Shown: positions 1 to 8,770, counted from the stretch's first letter. The stretch is DNA of 64,000 nucleotides from Minisyncoccota bacterium (GCA_043781255.1 JAYWBQ010000028.1:16702-80701), one strand, 5' to 3'. A program made the numbers and translations. The notes: generated by a model from the letters alone, not told the origin.

Positions 1-176
1 TGAAATCTTTGAATGGCGATACGCTGTTAGCTCAGACCCAACAGCAGGACTCGCAGTTCTTGGCTCACAAGGGGATATCTGGGACGCACAAGAAGACATG
101 CTGATGGATACAATAGGGGGATTTATTGGTGTAGCACTTTATTTCTTTTTCGGGAGAACAAAAACTTTATCCTAAT
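1..176 (+). CDS. 3' fragment of a hypothetical hydrophobic protein; CDS enters from upstream of the window
   Basis: In-frame ORF running to the TAA at 174-176 (...MLMDTIGGFIGVALYFFFGRTKTLS*). No start within the window. Confidence 0.3.
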
Positions 177-863
177 TTATAGAAATTCCTGTGGTGCATC
201 TGTTGCGAAAAAATATTTTTCACCACCGGCTTCAAACATTAGCGTCTTTGCATGAAGCATGATACGAGGGGAGTCATAGGTGCTACCGTACGCCTTGTCA
301 CCAACAATTGGATGAGAAATATATGACATGTGTGCACGTAGCTGATGTGTGCGACCAGTTTTTGGTGTAAGTTCTACAAGAGTTGTTCTGTCAGCTTCAT
401 TTCTTGTTATTACTTTCACGTCAGTCACTGCGTCTCGCAGTTCTCCTCGCGGATTAGGTGGGTTAACTTGCTGCCTGTAGTCTTTCTTATTTCGTCCAAG
501 AGATGCATTAATTCTAAACTCTTCTTGTTTAACGACCCCACCAACAATAGCTATATATGTTTTTTTAGTAATGTGATTTCTAAATTGTGCCTTTAGTTCA
601 TTAAACGTTTTTTCATTTTTTGCTATTACCATTACACCTGAGGTATCACGGTCTAGTTTGTGGACAATGCCACCGAGATTAATTGTCCTTTTGTCTTGAA
701 GTGTGATTGGATTATCAATGATAAAAATTTCTGGCACATGCGTCATCAAAAAATCAATAAGTGTCTCTTCTAAAGAATGGTCAAAAGGATGGACCACGAA
801 CCCAGAAGGTTTATTAATAACTAAAATATTTGTATCCTCGAATATAACAGGGATAGGTTGCAT
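177..863 (-). CDS. RluA-family 23S rRNA/tRNA pseudouridine synthase
   Basis: 228-aa ORF with the HKLDRDTSGVMVIAKN catalytic Asp motif (HRLDxxTSG) typical of the RluA/RluD family. Confidence 0.85.
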   Translation of the reverse strand: MQPIPVIFEDTNILVINKPSGFVVHPFDHSLEETLIDFLMTHVPEIFIIDNPITLQDKRTINLGGIVHKLDRDTSGVMVIAKNEKTFNELKAQFRNHITKKTYIAIVGGVVKQEEFRINASLGRNKKDYRQQVNPPNPRGELRDAVTDVKVITRNEADRTTLVELTPKTGRTHQLRAHMSYISHPIVGDKAYGSTYDSPRIMLHAKTLMFEAGGEKYFFATDAPQEFL

Positions 864-1004
864 ATTAATCTACTCTAGCATGTAGAAAGAAGTTGGTCAC
901 GAAGTTACTTTTGCACAAGAAGAGTGGGTTTCAGAACTTTTAAAATCTTGTTCTTCCCTCAAAATCTCAATTAAGATGTTAGAAAAAGTTACCCTACAAA
1001 AGAA

Positions 1005-1595
1005 TTAAACTAATTTATCCTTAATTTTGTTTATTAGGGAAGTCATCTCTTGATTATCTCTTAGGTCAACTTGTGTAATATCAACATCTAAAAAGTTTTT
1101 ATTCATTAAAAAATTTTTGATATTATCCGCAGTTGTCTGTAAGACCTCTTTATTAAGATAAGTATTTTCTAAACTTAAACCTAAATTCCGTTCTTTTGCT
1201 CTTTTCAAGATGACTTCTATATCTCCAGTTAAGTTTAGATATAAGTCTGGTTTTGGAATGAAAGTATTAATTATACTACACGTATTTTTGAACTCAGGAC
1301 ATTCTTCTTCTTTTAACAGAAATTTTGAGTAGATCTCTGTCATTTCAAAGCATGTATCAACAAAAATAAGTTCACTAATAGAATCTTGAGCTTTCTCCAT
1401 TTGATGGTATCTGAGATTAAGAAAACCAATACATTTTTCAAAATTAGAAGCACTACTTTCTCTTTCTTTTGAAATAGAAGAAATTTGATCAAATTTCTCT
1501 TCATAAAAAGGATACTCTAAATTTTCATATATAGATTTTCCTAATGTTGACTTACCAGATCCAGGTATTCCTAATAGACAAATAATTTTTTTCAT
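1005..1595 (-). CDS. P-loop NTPase, deoxynucleoside/nucleoside kinase-like
   Basis: N-terminal Walker A GIPGSGKST. Size (196 aa) and downstream DTCF/ERN-like segments resemble dNK-family kinases. No search done. Confidence 0.5.
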   Translation of the reverse strand: MKKIICLLGIPGSGKSTLGKSIYENLEYPFYEEKFDQISSISKERESSASNFEKCIGFLNLRYHQMEKAQDSISELIFVDTCFEMTEIYSKFLLKEEECPEFKNTCSIINTFIPKPDLYLNLTGDIEVILKRAKERNLGLSLENTYLNKEVLQTTADNIKNFLMNKNFLDVDITQVDLRDNQEMTSLINKIKDKLV

Positions 1596-1601
1596 ACCTG
1601 T

Positions 1602-2345
1602 TTAAAATTTTACTTCTAATAACTCATCATCTGAAAAACTAAATACTTCACCCGTTTTTAACATTTGTGTGGAATGATAATCTTCTTTAATTCCCCCCTC
1701 TGCAATATGCTTAACTATCCGCCCTATCCACCCATGTGTTGATATAAAAACACTATCATTCTTAGTCCATTTTCTAAGTCTTCTTAAGTATGTTAAAAAT
1801 CTTTTAGCTCTAAAGTAAGTATCCTCAGCATTTTCAGTTTTTGATTTTCCTTCATACCACTGCTCAACGTAAAAATCCAAAACTCCCATAAATCCAACTT
1901 TTTCTATTAGGATTTTGTATTCCTCAGAGCTCAGTAAGGTAGTATCAAATTCTACTTCCTTCAAGTACTCACTTTGGATAATTTCAAGATGATTACCAGT
2001 TTTTTCTTCTATGACATTTAGAACTTCTTGAGCTGTCTCAACACAGCGTAAATATGGAGAAGAAATAATAAGTTTTACTTTTTCTAAAACTTCAGTAGAA
2101 AGTTTCTCAACACTTCCCCTAACTTCAACCTTACCGTTTTCAGAAAGTGGTAAGTTTAAAGATTTTGGAACATCAATTGCATTTAGAAAGTCATCAAAAG
2201 GCATTCTATTTGTACCGTAAGTTTCCGGGTCTACTCCAGGACTAGTAACCGGCTTTCCATGTCTAACAAAATGAACATTTTTTATTGATTCTGCAGGAAA
2301 ATTTTCTTGAGTGACATTTAAACTATCTGGATTAGTAGGTTCCAT
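1602..2345 (-). CDS. Histidine phosphatase family protein (phosphoglycerate mutase-like)
   Basis: FVRHGK (RHG catalytic motif) near the N-terminus and a second conserved His in ISTHGW. Confidence 0.6.
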   Translation of the reverse strand: MEPTNPDSLNVTQENFPAESIKNVHFVRHGKPVTSPGVDPETYGTNRMPFDDFLNAIDVPKSLNLPLSENGKVEVRGSVEKLSTEVLEKVKLIISSPYLRCVETAQEVLNVIEEKTGNHLEIIQSEYLKEVEFDTTLLSSEEYKILIEKVGFMGVLDFYVEQWYEGKSKTENAEDTYFRAKRFLTYLRRLRKWTKNDSVFISTHGWIGRIVKHIAEGGIKEDYHSTQMLKTGEVFSFSDDELLEVKF

Positions 2346-2603
2346 AATTCAAAGTATAACATTTACTTAATTAACTAAGCTAGAATACGCAAATTACACC
2401 TAATGAAATAAAAATAGAGACTAATGATTTAGTTTAATTTGACAACCTTTTCCATAAAATGTAACAATGAATATACGGAGTAAGGTCATTTACTTCTGTG
2501 CATTCCCGTAAAGATTGTTTACTAACATGTTGAGTGTTAGTTGTCCTGATTTCCCAAAAGCATAGCTGTACCAGTTGCGGTCATAGAAAGTCCAAAAACT
2601 TCT

Positions 2604-3101
2604 ATGTCTACATCTATCTTAGATGAATTCTTCCTGTGTGATGTTTCTGTAGATCAAAAATCAATAAAGTATTCAATAGACAGAAATAGTACTTATCTAC
2701 TGTCTAGAGAGTTGTTCCTACACTCAAAATCACATGTTGAGTGGTTTTCCGCATTCCCTGATGTATCACTGCACGCTGATTACTCACAGAAGGTTAGAGG
2801 GTCACTTTTCACAGGTATTGTTAAAACACTTTTTCCGGAGGAAAAATTAAGTATTGTATCTGCACATTACCTTTTCCCTTGTCAAACTCTAGCGGAGGAA
2901 CGGAGTGAGTTTTACAAGTGGAAAAGTAGTGTGATAGGTGAAGACATACCAGCCCGTCCTGTTAAAGGGCGGGTATGGTTACACATAGCACGCGGGAAGT
3001 GCGTAAGCGGTACCCAACGGGTACCGAGCAACGCGTATCAACGTTCTGGGTTACTAGTAACACCCAGAGAACGTTGCATGTTGCAACAACACTCCATATG
3101 A
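2604..3101 (+). CDS. Hypothetical protein on the element. The C-terminal part overlaps the inverted-repeat block and may not be coding.
   Basis: 165-aa ORF. Its last ~50 codons run through GC-rich palindromes (2940-3095), so the true product is probably shorter, or the ORF is spurious. Confidence 0.25.
   Translation: MSTSILDEFFLCDVSVDQKSIKYSIDRNSTYLLSRELFLHSKSHVEWFSAFPDVSLHADYSQKVRGSLFTGIVKTLFPEEKLSIVSAHYLFPCQTLAEERSEFYKWKSSVIGEDIPARPVKGRVWLHIARGKCVSGTQRVPSNAYQRSGLLVTPRERCMLQQHSI
2950..3096. repeat. Cluster of inverted repeats; candidate replication origin or recombination site of the element
   Basis: Three inverted repeats: GGTACCCAACGGGTACC (3009-3025), CAACGTTCTGGGTT-ACTAGT-AACACCCAGAGAACGTTG (3039-3076) and TGTTGCAACA (~3078-3087). 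They are GC-rich in an AT-rich element and sit immediately upstream of the putative Rep start at 3098. Confidence 0.45.
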
Positions 3102-4171
3102 TAGACACAATTAAATTCTTTGTGTCTATTCCTGATGTTCAAGTTCTTAATAGAATAAAGAGCATTTCTGAACAAATAAAAAGAGAAGACCTAAAAACAG
3201 GAAAGATAAGATTTGTATTCCACACAACTGAAATAAAAGTAGGTTCTTATAATAAATCAATCAATATAAGGATAACAGACAATCTTTACAACCAAGGATT
3301 ATTCATAGAGCTCTCAATTCCAAAATATGCAAAAGGAAACAATATAGAAATGCTCCTACCCAGAGAGCTCCCACAAATAATAGAAAAATTATCCCAAGAC
3401 ATAACCACCCAACTAGATACCCCACTACCTCATTTTTCTACTTGGGAAATATTTAGATTAGACATTTGTTATAACTGGATATTTAAAACTAAACAAGAAA
3501 CAGAAACAGTAAGGGGTTTTCTTCAAAGAATAGATTATCCAAGAAAGAAGAAAATCCTGTACCCAACATCCGTCATGTTTTTAGGTACTGCTTATCTTAT
3601 TAGATTCTACTTAAAATATCCTGAGTACTTAGTTCATGACTACAAAGATTTACAAGATGAAGACAAAACAAGTGATAGAACATTTAATCTTTTATTCTTT
3701 GCAGAAAGAATTGTTAGATTTGAAGTTGAGTTTAAGAAAAAACATCTTAAAGGGGTTTTTAGATATGACAAAGTATTCATTGTACATATACAAGATGATG
3801 AAAAAATAGAGGAGGAACTCAAGCACTACCTCAATGACAAAGTATTCAAATATGTAACTCTTAAGAATACAACAGATATCAAAGTAGAAGAACTGCTTTA
3901 CAGTAACTTCACAAAAACAAAAGCTACACGTCTTTATCAATTCTACAATGATTTCTATTTAAGTAATGGAGCTATAAAAAATAGAATGCTTAGCGGTGGT
4001 TTAAACAGAAGCACTATTTGGAGGTATAAAACAGATCTTAAAAGTGTTGGTATTGGTTTTGACGTGGTAAGTACTTCTGGCGTCAGTTTACTTGAACAGT
4101 TAGTAATTCCATCTCCAAATTCAAAGTTTGATTTAATTGGTTTTCCTGAAAAAGAAAATGGACATTGTTAA
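3098..4171 (+). CDS. Possible rolling-circle replication initiator (Rep_trans-like); otherwise a hypothetical protein
   Basis: The ORF track starts it at 2975, but codons 1-41 lie in the IR block. The Met at 3098 (MIDTIKFF...) is the more plausible start. The segment KKHLKGVFRYDKVF resembles the Rep_trans R-x-Y-D-K nucleophile region. Weak, unverified. Confidence 0.35.
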   Translation: MIDTIKFFVSIPDVQVLNRIKSISEQIKREDLKTGKIRFVFHTTEIKVGSYNKSINIRITDNLYNQGLFIELSIPKYAKGNNIEMLLPRELPQIIEKLSQDITTQLDTPLPHFSTWEIFRLDICYNWIFKTKQETETVRGFLQRIDYPRKKKILYPTSVMFLGTAYLIRFYLKYPEYLVHDYKDLQDEDKTSDRTFNLLFFAERIVRFEVEFKKKHLKGVFRYDKVFIVHIQDDEKIEEELKHYLNDKVFKYVTLKNTTDIKVEELLYSNFTKTKATRLYQFYNDFYLSNGAIKNRMLSGGLNRSTIWRYKTDLKSVGIGFDVVSTSGVSLLEQLVIPSPNSKFDLIGFPEKENGHC

Positions 4172-4328
4172 AACTTCACAAGAAGAAGTTTTACCTGAAG
4201 AAACCCTACAAACGTTAGAGGCTTTAGGTGAGGTGCTGCTTAGAATTAGGAGAAGGATGTTATCTGAGGGGTTTGACGTGGTAGATGGAAAAGTTGTTAA
4301 AAAGAGTATAATAGACAAAAATGACTGA
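4137..4328 (+). CDS. Small protein translationally coupled to the recombinase; candidate recombination directionality factor or regulator
   Basis: Of the 63 codons, a start at MDIVKT (4158) is likely. Its stop TGA (4326-4328) overlaps the recombinase ATG (4321) in an ATGACTGA arrangement. Confidence 0.3.
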   Translation: MVFLKKKMDIVKTSQEEVLPEETLQTLEALGEVLLRIRRRMLSEGFDVVDGKVVKKSIIDKND

Positions 4329-5991
4329 AGAAGAACTACAAATCTGGAAGGATATTGAGAAAGGTAAGTACTGCAATTACTATTTGATTTACAATAGAAA
4401 AAGTACTGATGAACAAGATAATCAGAAAACTTCTCTTAGACATCAAAAAGAAGAAAATCTTAAATTTGCTCAAAAGAATAATTTACCTATTGCCCCCATT
4501 ACAACACCTACATTTTTTAATAATGGTGTAATATCAGAAAAACATTCTGCATATAAACAAGATGATGATATGGTTTTAAATGATGACGGAACTGTTCAAC
4601 TTAGCGTTGGAAGACCAAAGTTTTTTAAACTGTCACAGTTGTTAAATAAGAAATTATTTAAAGGTGTTATTTTCTTATGTCTTGACAGAGCTAGTAGAAA
4701 TGCGTCTGATAATTTAATCATCAAAAAACTTCAAAAGAATGGTGTAGATATACTCTTTGCTCTTGCTACTTATGATAAGACTAGTGCGGGGAAATTACAC
4801 CAAGATATTGATGGGATGTTTGCGGAACATAAATCAAGAGACACTGCTGAAAAAGTCACAAATACTGGAAAGAAGAATAGAAATGGTGGTGTCTGCACTT
4901 ATAAAGCACCTGTTGGTTATTTAAATCTAGGAACAATGGATAACAAACCATTTGACCCAGTACGTGCTCCATTTATTGTAAAATTTTTTGAACTAGCAGA
5001 TACTGGATGGTCACTTGCGGATATAGCTAGATTTTCTATTGAACAAGGTTTTACAATGCCTCCAATTCGGAAAAGAAGGAGTACTCATCAACTACTTTTA
5101 GATGAAGAAGAAGATGAAGCATCAACTCAACCCAAAGTATGCAACCTTGCTAGATATACCACTATACAAAAGATACTACGCAGTCCTTTTTATACAGGTG
5201 CTGTCCAAAACAAAGAACTTGGGTGGATACCTAGTACAAGTCATAAAGCTCTCATAACAAAAGAAATGTTTGATAGAGTACAAGAAAAACTTACTAAGAA
5301 GAACAGGAGTAAAAAGTATAATGAACCTCTTCCTAATCCATTTAGAGCACAATTCACCTGTGACGGTTGTAGACGCTCCTATACCCCATATTTTAAGAAA
5401 GGACACCTATATTTAGGGTCTAGGTGTGTAGTTGGGTGTTCTAACTCAAACAAGAACTTTAACGTTGATTTTATTACCAAGAACATAAGTAAGGTTGTCA
5501 GTAGTCTTTCTTTCTCTAAGGAGGAAATTGGAGTTATAGATAGTAGGGTTAAAAACTATTTAGAAGTCTTAGAAAAAGACCAAAATAGTAAGGATGAGGA
5601 AAATAAAAATAAGAAGAATAAACTTAGTGAAGATTTAGCATACTTAATAGCAAATAAACTCACCCTTTTAAAGAATGGTGTTTATACTCCTGAAAGTTTG
5701 GTGGTAGAAGAAAAAAAACTGGAAACAGCTATCAGTAACATTTCTAACCTTGAGCATGTTTCAGTAGAAGAAATACAAAAAACAGTACAAAATGTTTATA
5801 AACTTTCAGAACTTCTAAAAGACTTTATTCCTCAATGGGAATTTGCTAATTCTCATGAAAAACAAGATTTACTTAAAATAATGTTTTCAGAACTTTCTAT
5901 TTCTGAGAAAAACCTTAATTATAAGGTTACAAATGGACTTGTTCCCATTCAATCAAGATTTTTCTCTCTTTGTGCCCAGGAAAGGACTTGA
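4321..5991 (+). CDS. Large serine recombinase (resolvase domain, recombinase domain, zinc ribbon, coiled coil)
   Basis: N-terminal YLIYNRKSTDEQ (the Y-x-R-x-S-T-x-x-Q catalytic serine motif). The central region has the large-serine-recombinase layout. Cys cluster CDGCRRS...GSRCVVGC. C-terminal coiled-coil-like segment. The last 19 nt overlap tRNA-Leu. Confidence 0.9.
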   Translation: MTEEELQIWKDIEKGKYCNYYLIYNRKSTDEQDNQKTSLRHQKEENLKFAQKNNLPIAPITTPTFFNNGVISEKHSAYKQDDDMVLNDDGTVQLSVGRPKFFKLSQLLNKKLFKGVIFLCLDRASRNASDNLIIKKLQKNGVDILFALATYDKTSAGKLHQDIDGMFAEHKSRDTAEKVTNTGKKNRNGGVCTYKAPVGYLNLGTMDNKPFDPVRAPFIVKFFELADTGWSLADIARFSIEQGFTMPPIRKRRSTHQLLLDEEEDEASTQPKVCNLARYTTIQKILRSPFYTGAVQNKELGWIPSTSHKALITKEMFDRVQEKLTKKNRSKKYNEPLPNPFRAQFTCDGCRRSYTPYFKKGHLYLGSRCVVGCSNSNKNFNVDFITKNISKVVSSLSFSKEEIGVIDSRVKNYLEVLEKDQNSKDEENKNKKNKLSEDLAYLIANKLTLLKNGVYTPESLVVEEKKLETAISNISNLEHVSVEEIQKTVQNVYKLSELLKDFIPQWEFANSHEKQDLLKIMFSELSISEKNLNYKVTNGLVPIQSRFFSLCAQERT

Positions 5992-6054
5992 ACCTTCACG
6001 CCTTGCGGCATCAGTTCCTAAGACTGATGTGTCTACCAATTTCACCACCTGGGC
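5973..6054 (-). tRNA. tRNA-Leu (anticodon TAG)
   Basis: Hand-folded. Acceptor stem GCCCAGG/CCTGGGC. D-arm GTGAAATTGGTAGACAC. Anticodon loop CTTAGGA. Long variable arm TGCCGCAAGGCGTG. T-arm AAGGTTCAAGTCCTT. Confidence 0.85.
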
Positions 6055-6199
6055 ATTTTTTGAACTTACTCTTTTGTAAGTATTTTCCATTTCCTCTACA
6101 GTAGAAAGATTATAACGTATTTATACTAAATTTGCGAATTTAAGTTTTAATAAAACCAAAGCACAATTTTTACTAATCTTTAGTGGTATACTTAAGAAA

Positions 6200-6805
6200 A
6201 TGAACCCTCAAGATGTAACTATACAAACATATCAGGATAATTTTGAGCTCTACAAAGAAAAGACACCGAGGGTACTATTTGGTGAATTTCTTACACGGAT
6301 GGATTCTTTTATAAATGTGCTTCCTCTACATGGAAAAATATTTGAACTAGGCTCTCTAGAGGGAAGAGATGCACGGTATTTGCGAGACAAGGGTTTCACT
6401 GTCACCTGTACAGATGTCATTCCACAAGCGCTTCAGTCACTAGAAGTAGATGGATTTACAACGTACTTCTATGACCTGAGAGATGAGCCAAAAGAAGAAT
6501 GGAGTAACTTATTTGATGGCATTATTGCAAAAGCCGTCTACCTTCATATGTCGCAGGAAATATTTGAAAAATCTCTCGCTTATATGGGTACGATTTTAAA
6601 AGTGGGAGGTATATTTTGTTTGACTTTTAAGCTGGGGGTTGGTGAGGAAATAGAAACAAGGAAGCTGGGAGGTGAGAGATATTTTAAGTATTACACACAA
6701 AAAGAGCTGGAAGCTATCGTAAAAAAATATCAGTGCTATGAGCTCGTCGATACAGTAACAATAGAAGATAAAAAGTGGATCCAGATTCTTCTGAGGAAGA
6801 AATAA
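6200..6805 (+). CDS. Class I SAM-dependent methyltransferase
   Basis: Motif I-like FELGSLEGRDARYL and the size (201 aa) are typical of small-molecule MTases. Confidence 0.65.
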   Translation: MNPQDVTIQTYQDNFELYKEKTPRVLFGEFLTRMDSFINVLPLHGKIFELGSLEGRDARYLRDKGFTVTCTDVIPQALQSLEVDGFTTYFYDLRDEPKEEWSNLFDGIIAKAVYLHMSQEIFEKSLAYMGTILKVGGIFCLTFKLGVGEEIETRKLGGERYFKYYTQKELEAIVKKYQCYELVDTVTIEDKKWIQILLRKK

Positions 6806-6885
6806 AAATAAAAACCCCAGCAAACGACTGTGCGCTTGGAGGGGTTTTGCTTGTAACATTGCGCTACAAGGTTGGAGCGTTTCGA

Positions 6886-7728
6886 TTAGGCTGATGCCAT
6901 CTCGCGTTGCTCGAAGTCAACTTGGTCAACTTGGAACATCGACGAAACGTCGATACCACTCACGGGGACCTTTACGTCATCGTCATCACCAAATTCTGCC
7001 TTATGCTCTTCGTCGACCATTTTCATGGTGATGACGGCATCCATGGGCTGATCAAATGAATCTCGTGTCATTTTCATGAAGTTTTTCTGTACGTTTCGTG
7101 CTTTTGCTTTGGTAATCAACTCTTTCAAGTTGTGCTGCAAAAATGCAAGCATGCCATCCTGAACTTCCCCGATTTTCCCTCGCGTGAAGTTTGCCTTCAC
7201 GTGTTTCTGCAGAAGCCAGGTATGAGGGATGAAAATTCGCTCATGTGCGCCATCCCGGAGGAATGGTTCTTGAATAACCAAGATGTCTTGTGCAGGCTTG
7301 TCCCCATTTTTAGGGAACCAGCGAAGTGTGACAATAAAGTCGTTGGTGACGAACTGGTCATCAGAGTTTCGGCCGAAGACATGGTAGCTACCATGGGTGC
7401 CAATAACCATCTCTTTAAGACGATTTTGCTCCTGTTCAGCAAGAATTTTCTTTGTCTCGGCTTTTGCCTTTGCGGCTAGTGCCTGCTTTTGCTCTTGGTG
7501 AGCTTCTGCACGGTCTTGGTTTCGGTCAAAGTTCGGGATCATACCTTTCACTTCCTTTACCGGCTTGGCCGCTTGTACAGCCGCCTCTTTGGCAGCTTTT
7601 TTGTCAGCGAGAGTCGTTTTCTTTATCTGCTTAGTCATCGAGTACTCCAGTTGATGCCTGTTAGGGCTATAACAATTTAAAAGGACATGACCATGTAAAA
7701 GTACAGGGTCAAGATATATTATACACAA
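6886..7728 (-). CDS. Hypothetical protein with a Lys/Ala-rich N-terminal tail (possible nucleic-acid binding)
   Basis: Likely true start at 7638 (MTKQIKK...), which has a GGAG 8 nt upstream. The tail ADKKAAKEAAVQAAKPVKEVKG is histone-H1-like low complexity. The globular part matches no family I recognise. GC is higher than in neighbouring genes. Confidence 0.5.
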   Translation of the reverse strand: MCIIYLDPVLLHGHVLLNCYSPNRHQLEYSMTKQIKKTTLADKKAAKEAAVQAAKPVKEVKGMIPNFDRNQDRAEAHQEQKQALAAKAKAETKKILAEQEQNRLKEMVIGTHGSYHVFGRNSDDQFVTNDFIVTLRWFPKNGDKPAQDILVIQEPFLRDGAHERIFIPHTWLLQKHVKANFTRGKIGEVQDGMLAFLQHNLKELITKAKARNVQKNFMKMTRDSFDQPMDAVITMKMVDEEHKAEFGDDDDVKVPVSGIDVSSMFQVDQVDFEQREMASA

Positions 7729-7739
7729 AATATAGATTT

Positions 7740-7812
7740 TGTCAATAAATATATTGACATTTAATATAAAATATTATATATTATAAAAATCTGGTGTCAT
7801 TAAAAATACCAG
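7740..7812. promoter_or_regulatory. Divergent promoter region with a palindromic operator-like site and a second hairpin
   Basis: TGTCAATA-aata-TATTGACA is a perfect 8-bp inverted repeat (7740-7759) that overlaps a TTGACA -35-like hexamer and is followed by A/T-rich -10 candidates. A second inverted repeat CTGGT-n12-ACCAG lies at 7790-7812. AGGAG at 7858-7862 precedes the ATG at 7871. Confidence 0.35.
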
Positions 7813-7870
7813 ACGAAAGTTTCTCTTTAGTTCACTGTCCTTTTACATTTTATTTTTAGGAGTTATTCAA

Positions 7871-8770
7871 ATGACAAAAAGTGTCCCTCACACTCTGGAA
7901 GACCAAATCGGGGTAGCGAACCTTCTTTCGCTGGCTACTAAGGTGGCCCTTCAACTGAAGCCAGAGACTAAGTTCTCAGCCTTCGCAGCTGAAGGACATG
8001 GTGCATGCCTGCTTCTTGACGGCACTATCTTCGGGTATATCGCACACGCAAATGGCGACAAGGCAATGGTGCTTAAAACTGGACACCAAGACCTTGAGGT
8101 GAACGATTTTGTTCATCTTCAGGAAGTTGGCTATTATGCATTCTCTGGTGAGGGGTACTATCCCTCTAGCGTTCGTGATCCAAGGATTGAGAATAAACGC
8201 GTAGCGATGTTTGATATCTTGCTTTCTGTAATCGCTGCTGAAGGCGGCCATGAGGCTGTGCTTCAAGCAATTAAAATGCGAAATGGCAAAAAAGATGAGG
8301 TGAGGCGTATTGTGAAAGATATGAAAAGTGGGGTGCTTCCGAGTAACCTGCTTGACATGTTTAGTGATATGAAGAAAGCGAAAGCTCTTGGAATCATTGT
8401 TAACAATTCGCCTCTGGTTTTTTATCGAGCATATCAAAGGATGCAGGTAAAAGATGTGTGGAAGCATGTACTTGTTATTCGCTTGGGGCTCGCGCCACAC
8501 GGTGTTGAGGGGTTTGATATTGGGACATTTGTCCCTTTGGCCAATCTCTTCATCGAGCACAGTAACAAACATGTTGCTCAAATGGTGAAAGTTCTGGTGG
8601 AGAGTATCTCGCCAAAAGATCTGGATGAGGTTAAACGCCTTACTCATGATCTTGCGGTTACGGAAGGCCGTATTCTGGAAGCAGAAGCAGAAGACTCGGC
8701 ACCTTTACTACCTGAAATTATTTTTAAGGAAGTGGGTGCTGGAGAGTCTGACAGTCAGATTCTTCATTGA
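7871..8770 (+). CDS. Hypothetical protein
   Basis: 299-aa ORF with a canonical SD (AGGAG, 8-nt spacing) and a downstream hairpin terminator (8786-8815). No recognisable motif. GC is higher than in neighbours. Confidence 0.6.
   Translation: MTKSVPHTLEDQIGVANLLSLATKVALQLKPETKFSAFAAEGHGACLLLDGTIFGYIAHANGDKAMVLKTGHQDLEVNDFVHLQEVGYYAFSGEGYYPSSVRDPRIENKRVAMFDILLSVIAAEGGHEAVLQAIKMRNGKKDEVRRIVKDMKSGVLPSNLLDMFSDMKKAKALGIIVNNSPLVFYRAYQRMQVKDVWKHVLVIRLGLAPHGVEGFDIGTFVPLANLFIEHSNKHVAQMVKVLVESISPKDLDEVKRLTHDLAVTEGRILEAEAEDSAPLLPEIIFKEVGAGESDSQILH

Larger units (their letters stand above)
2346..5991. mobile_element. Small integrative element inserted at the 3' end of tRNA-Leu. It carries a serine recombinase, a coupled small ORF, a putative Rep and an IR-rich region.
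   Basis: The large serine recombinase gene reads through the 3' 19 nt of tRNA-Leu. The region is AT-rich compared with flanking core genes, and its genes are unrelated to the neighbouring housekeeping content. The left boundary is not defined by sequence; it is taken as the end of the histidine phosphatase gene. Confidence 0.5.

Noticed and set aside
345-885. Plus-strand ORFs of 83 aa and 60 aa
   Set aside because: They are antisense to the well-supported rluA-family gene.
7976-8647. 223-aa minus-strand ORF antisense to 7871..8770
   Set aside because: It lies fully inside the 299-aa plus-strand gene. That gene has a proper SD and a terminator, while the antisense ORF has neither and a junk-like composition.
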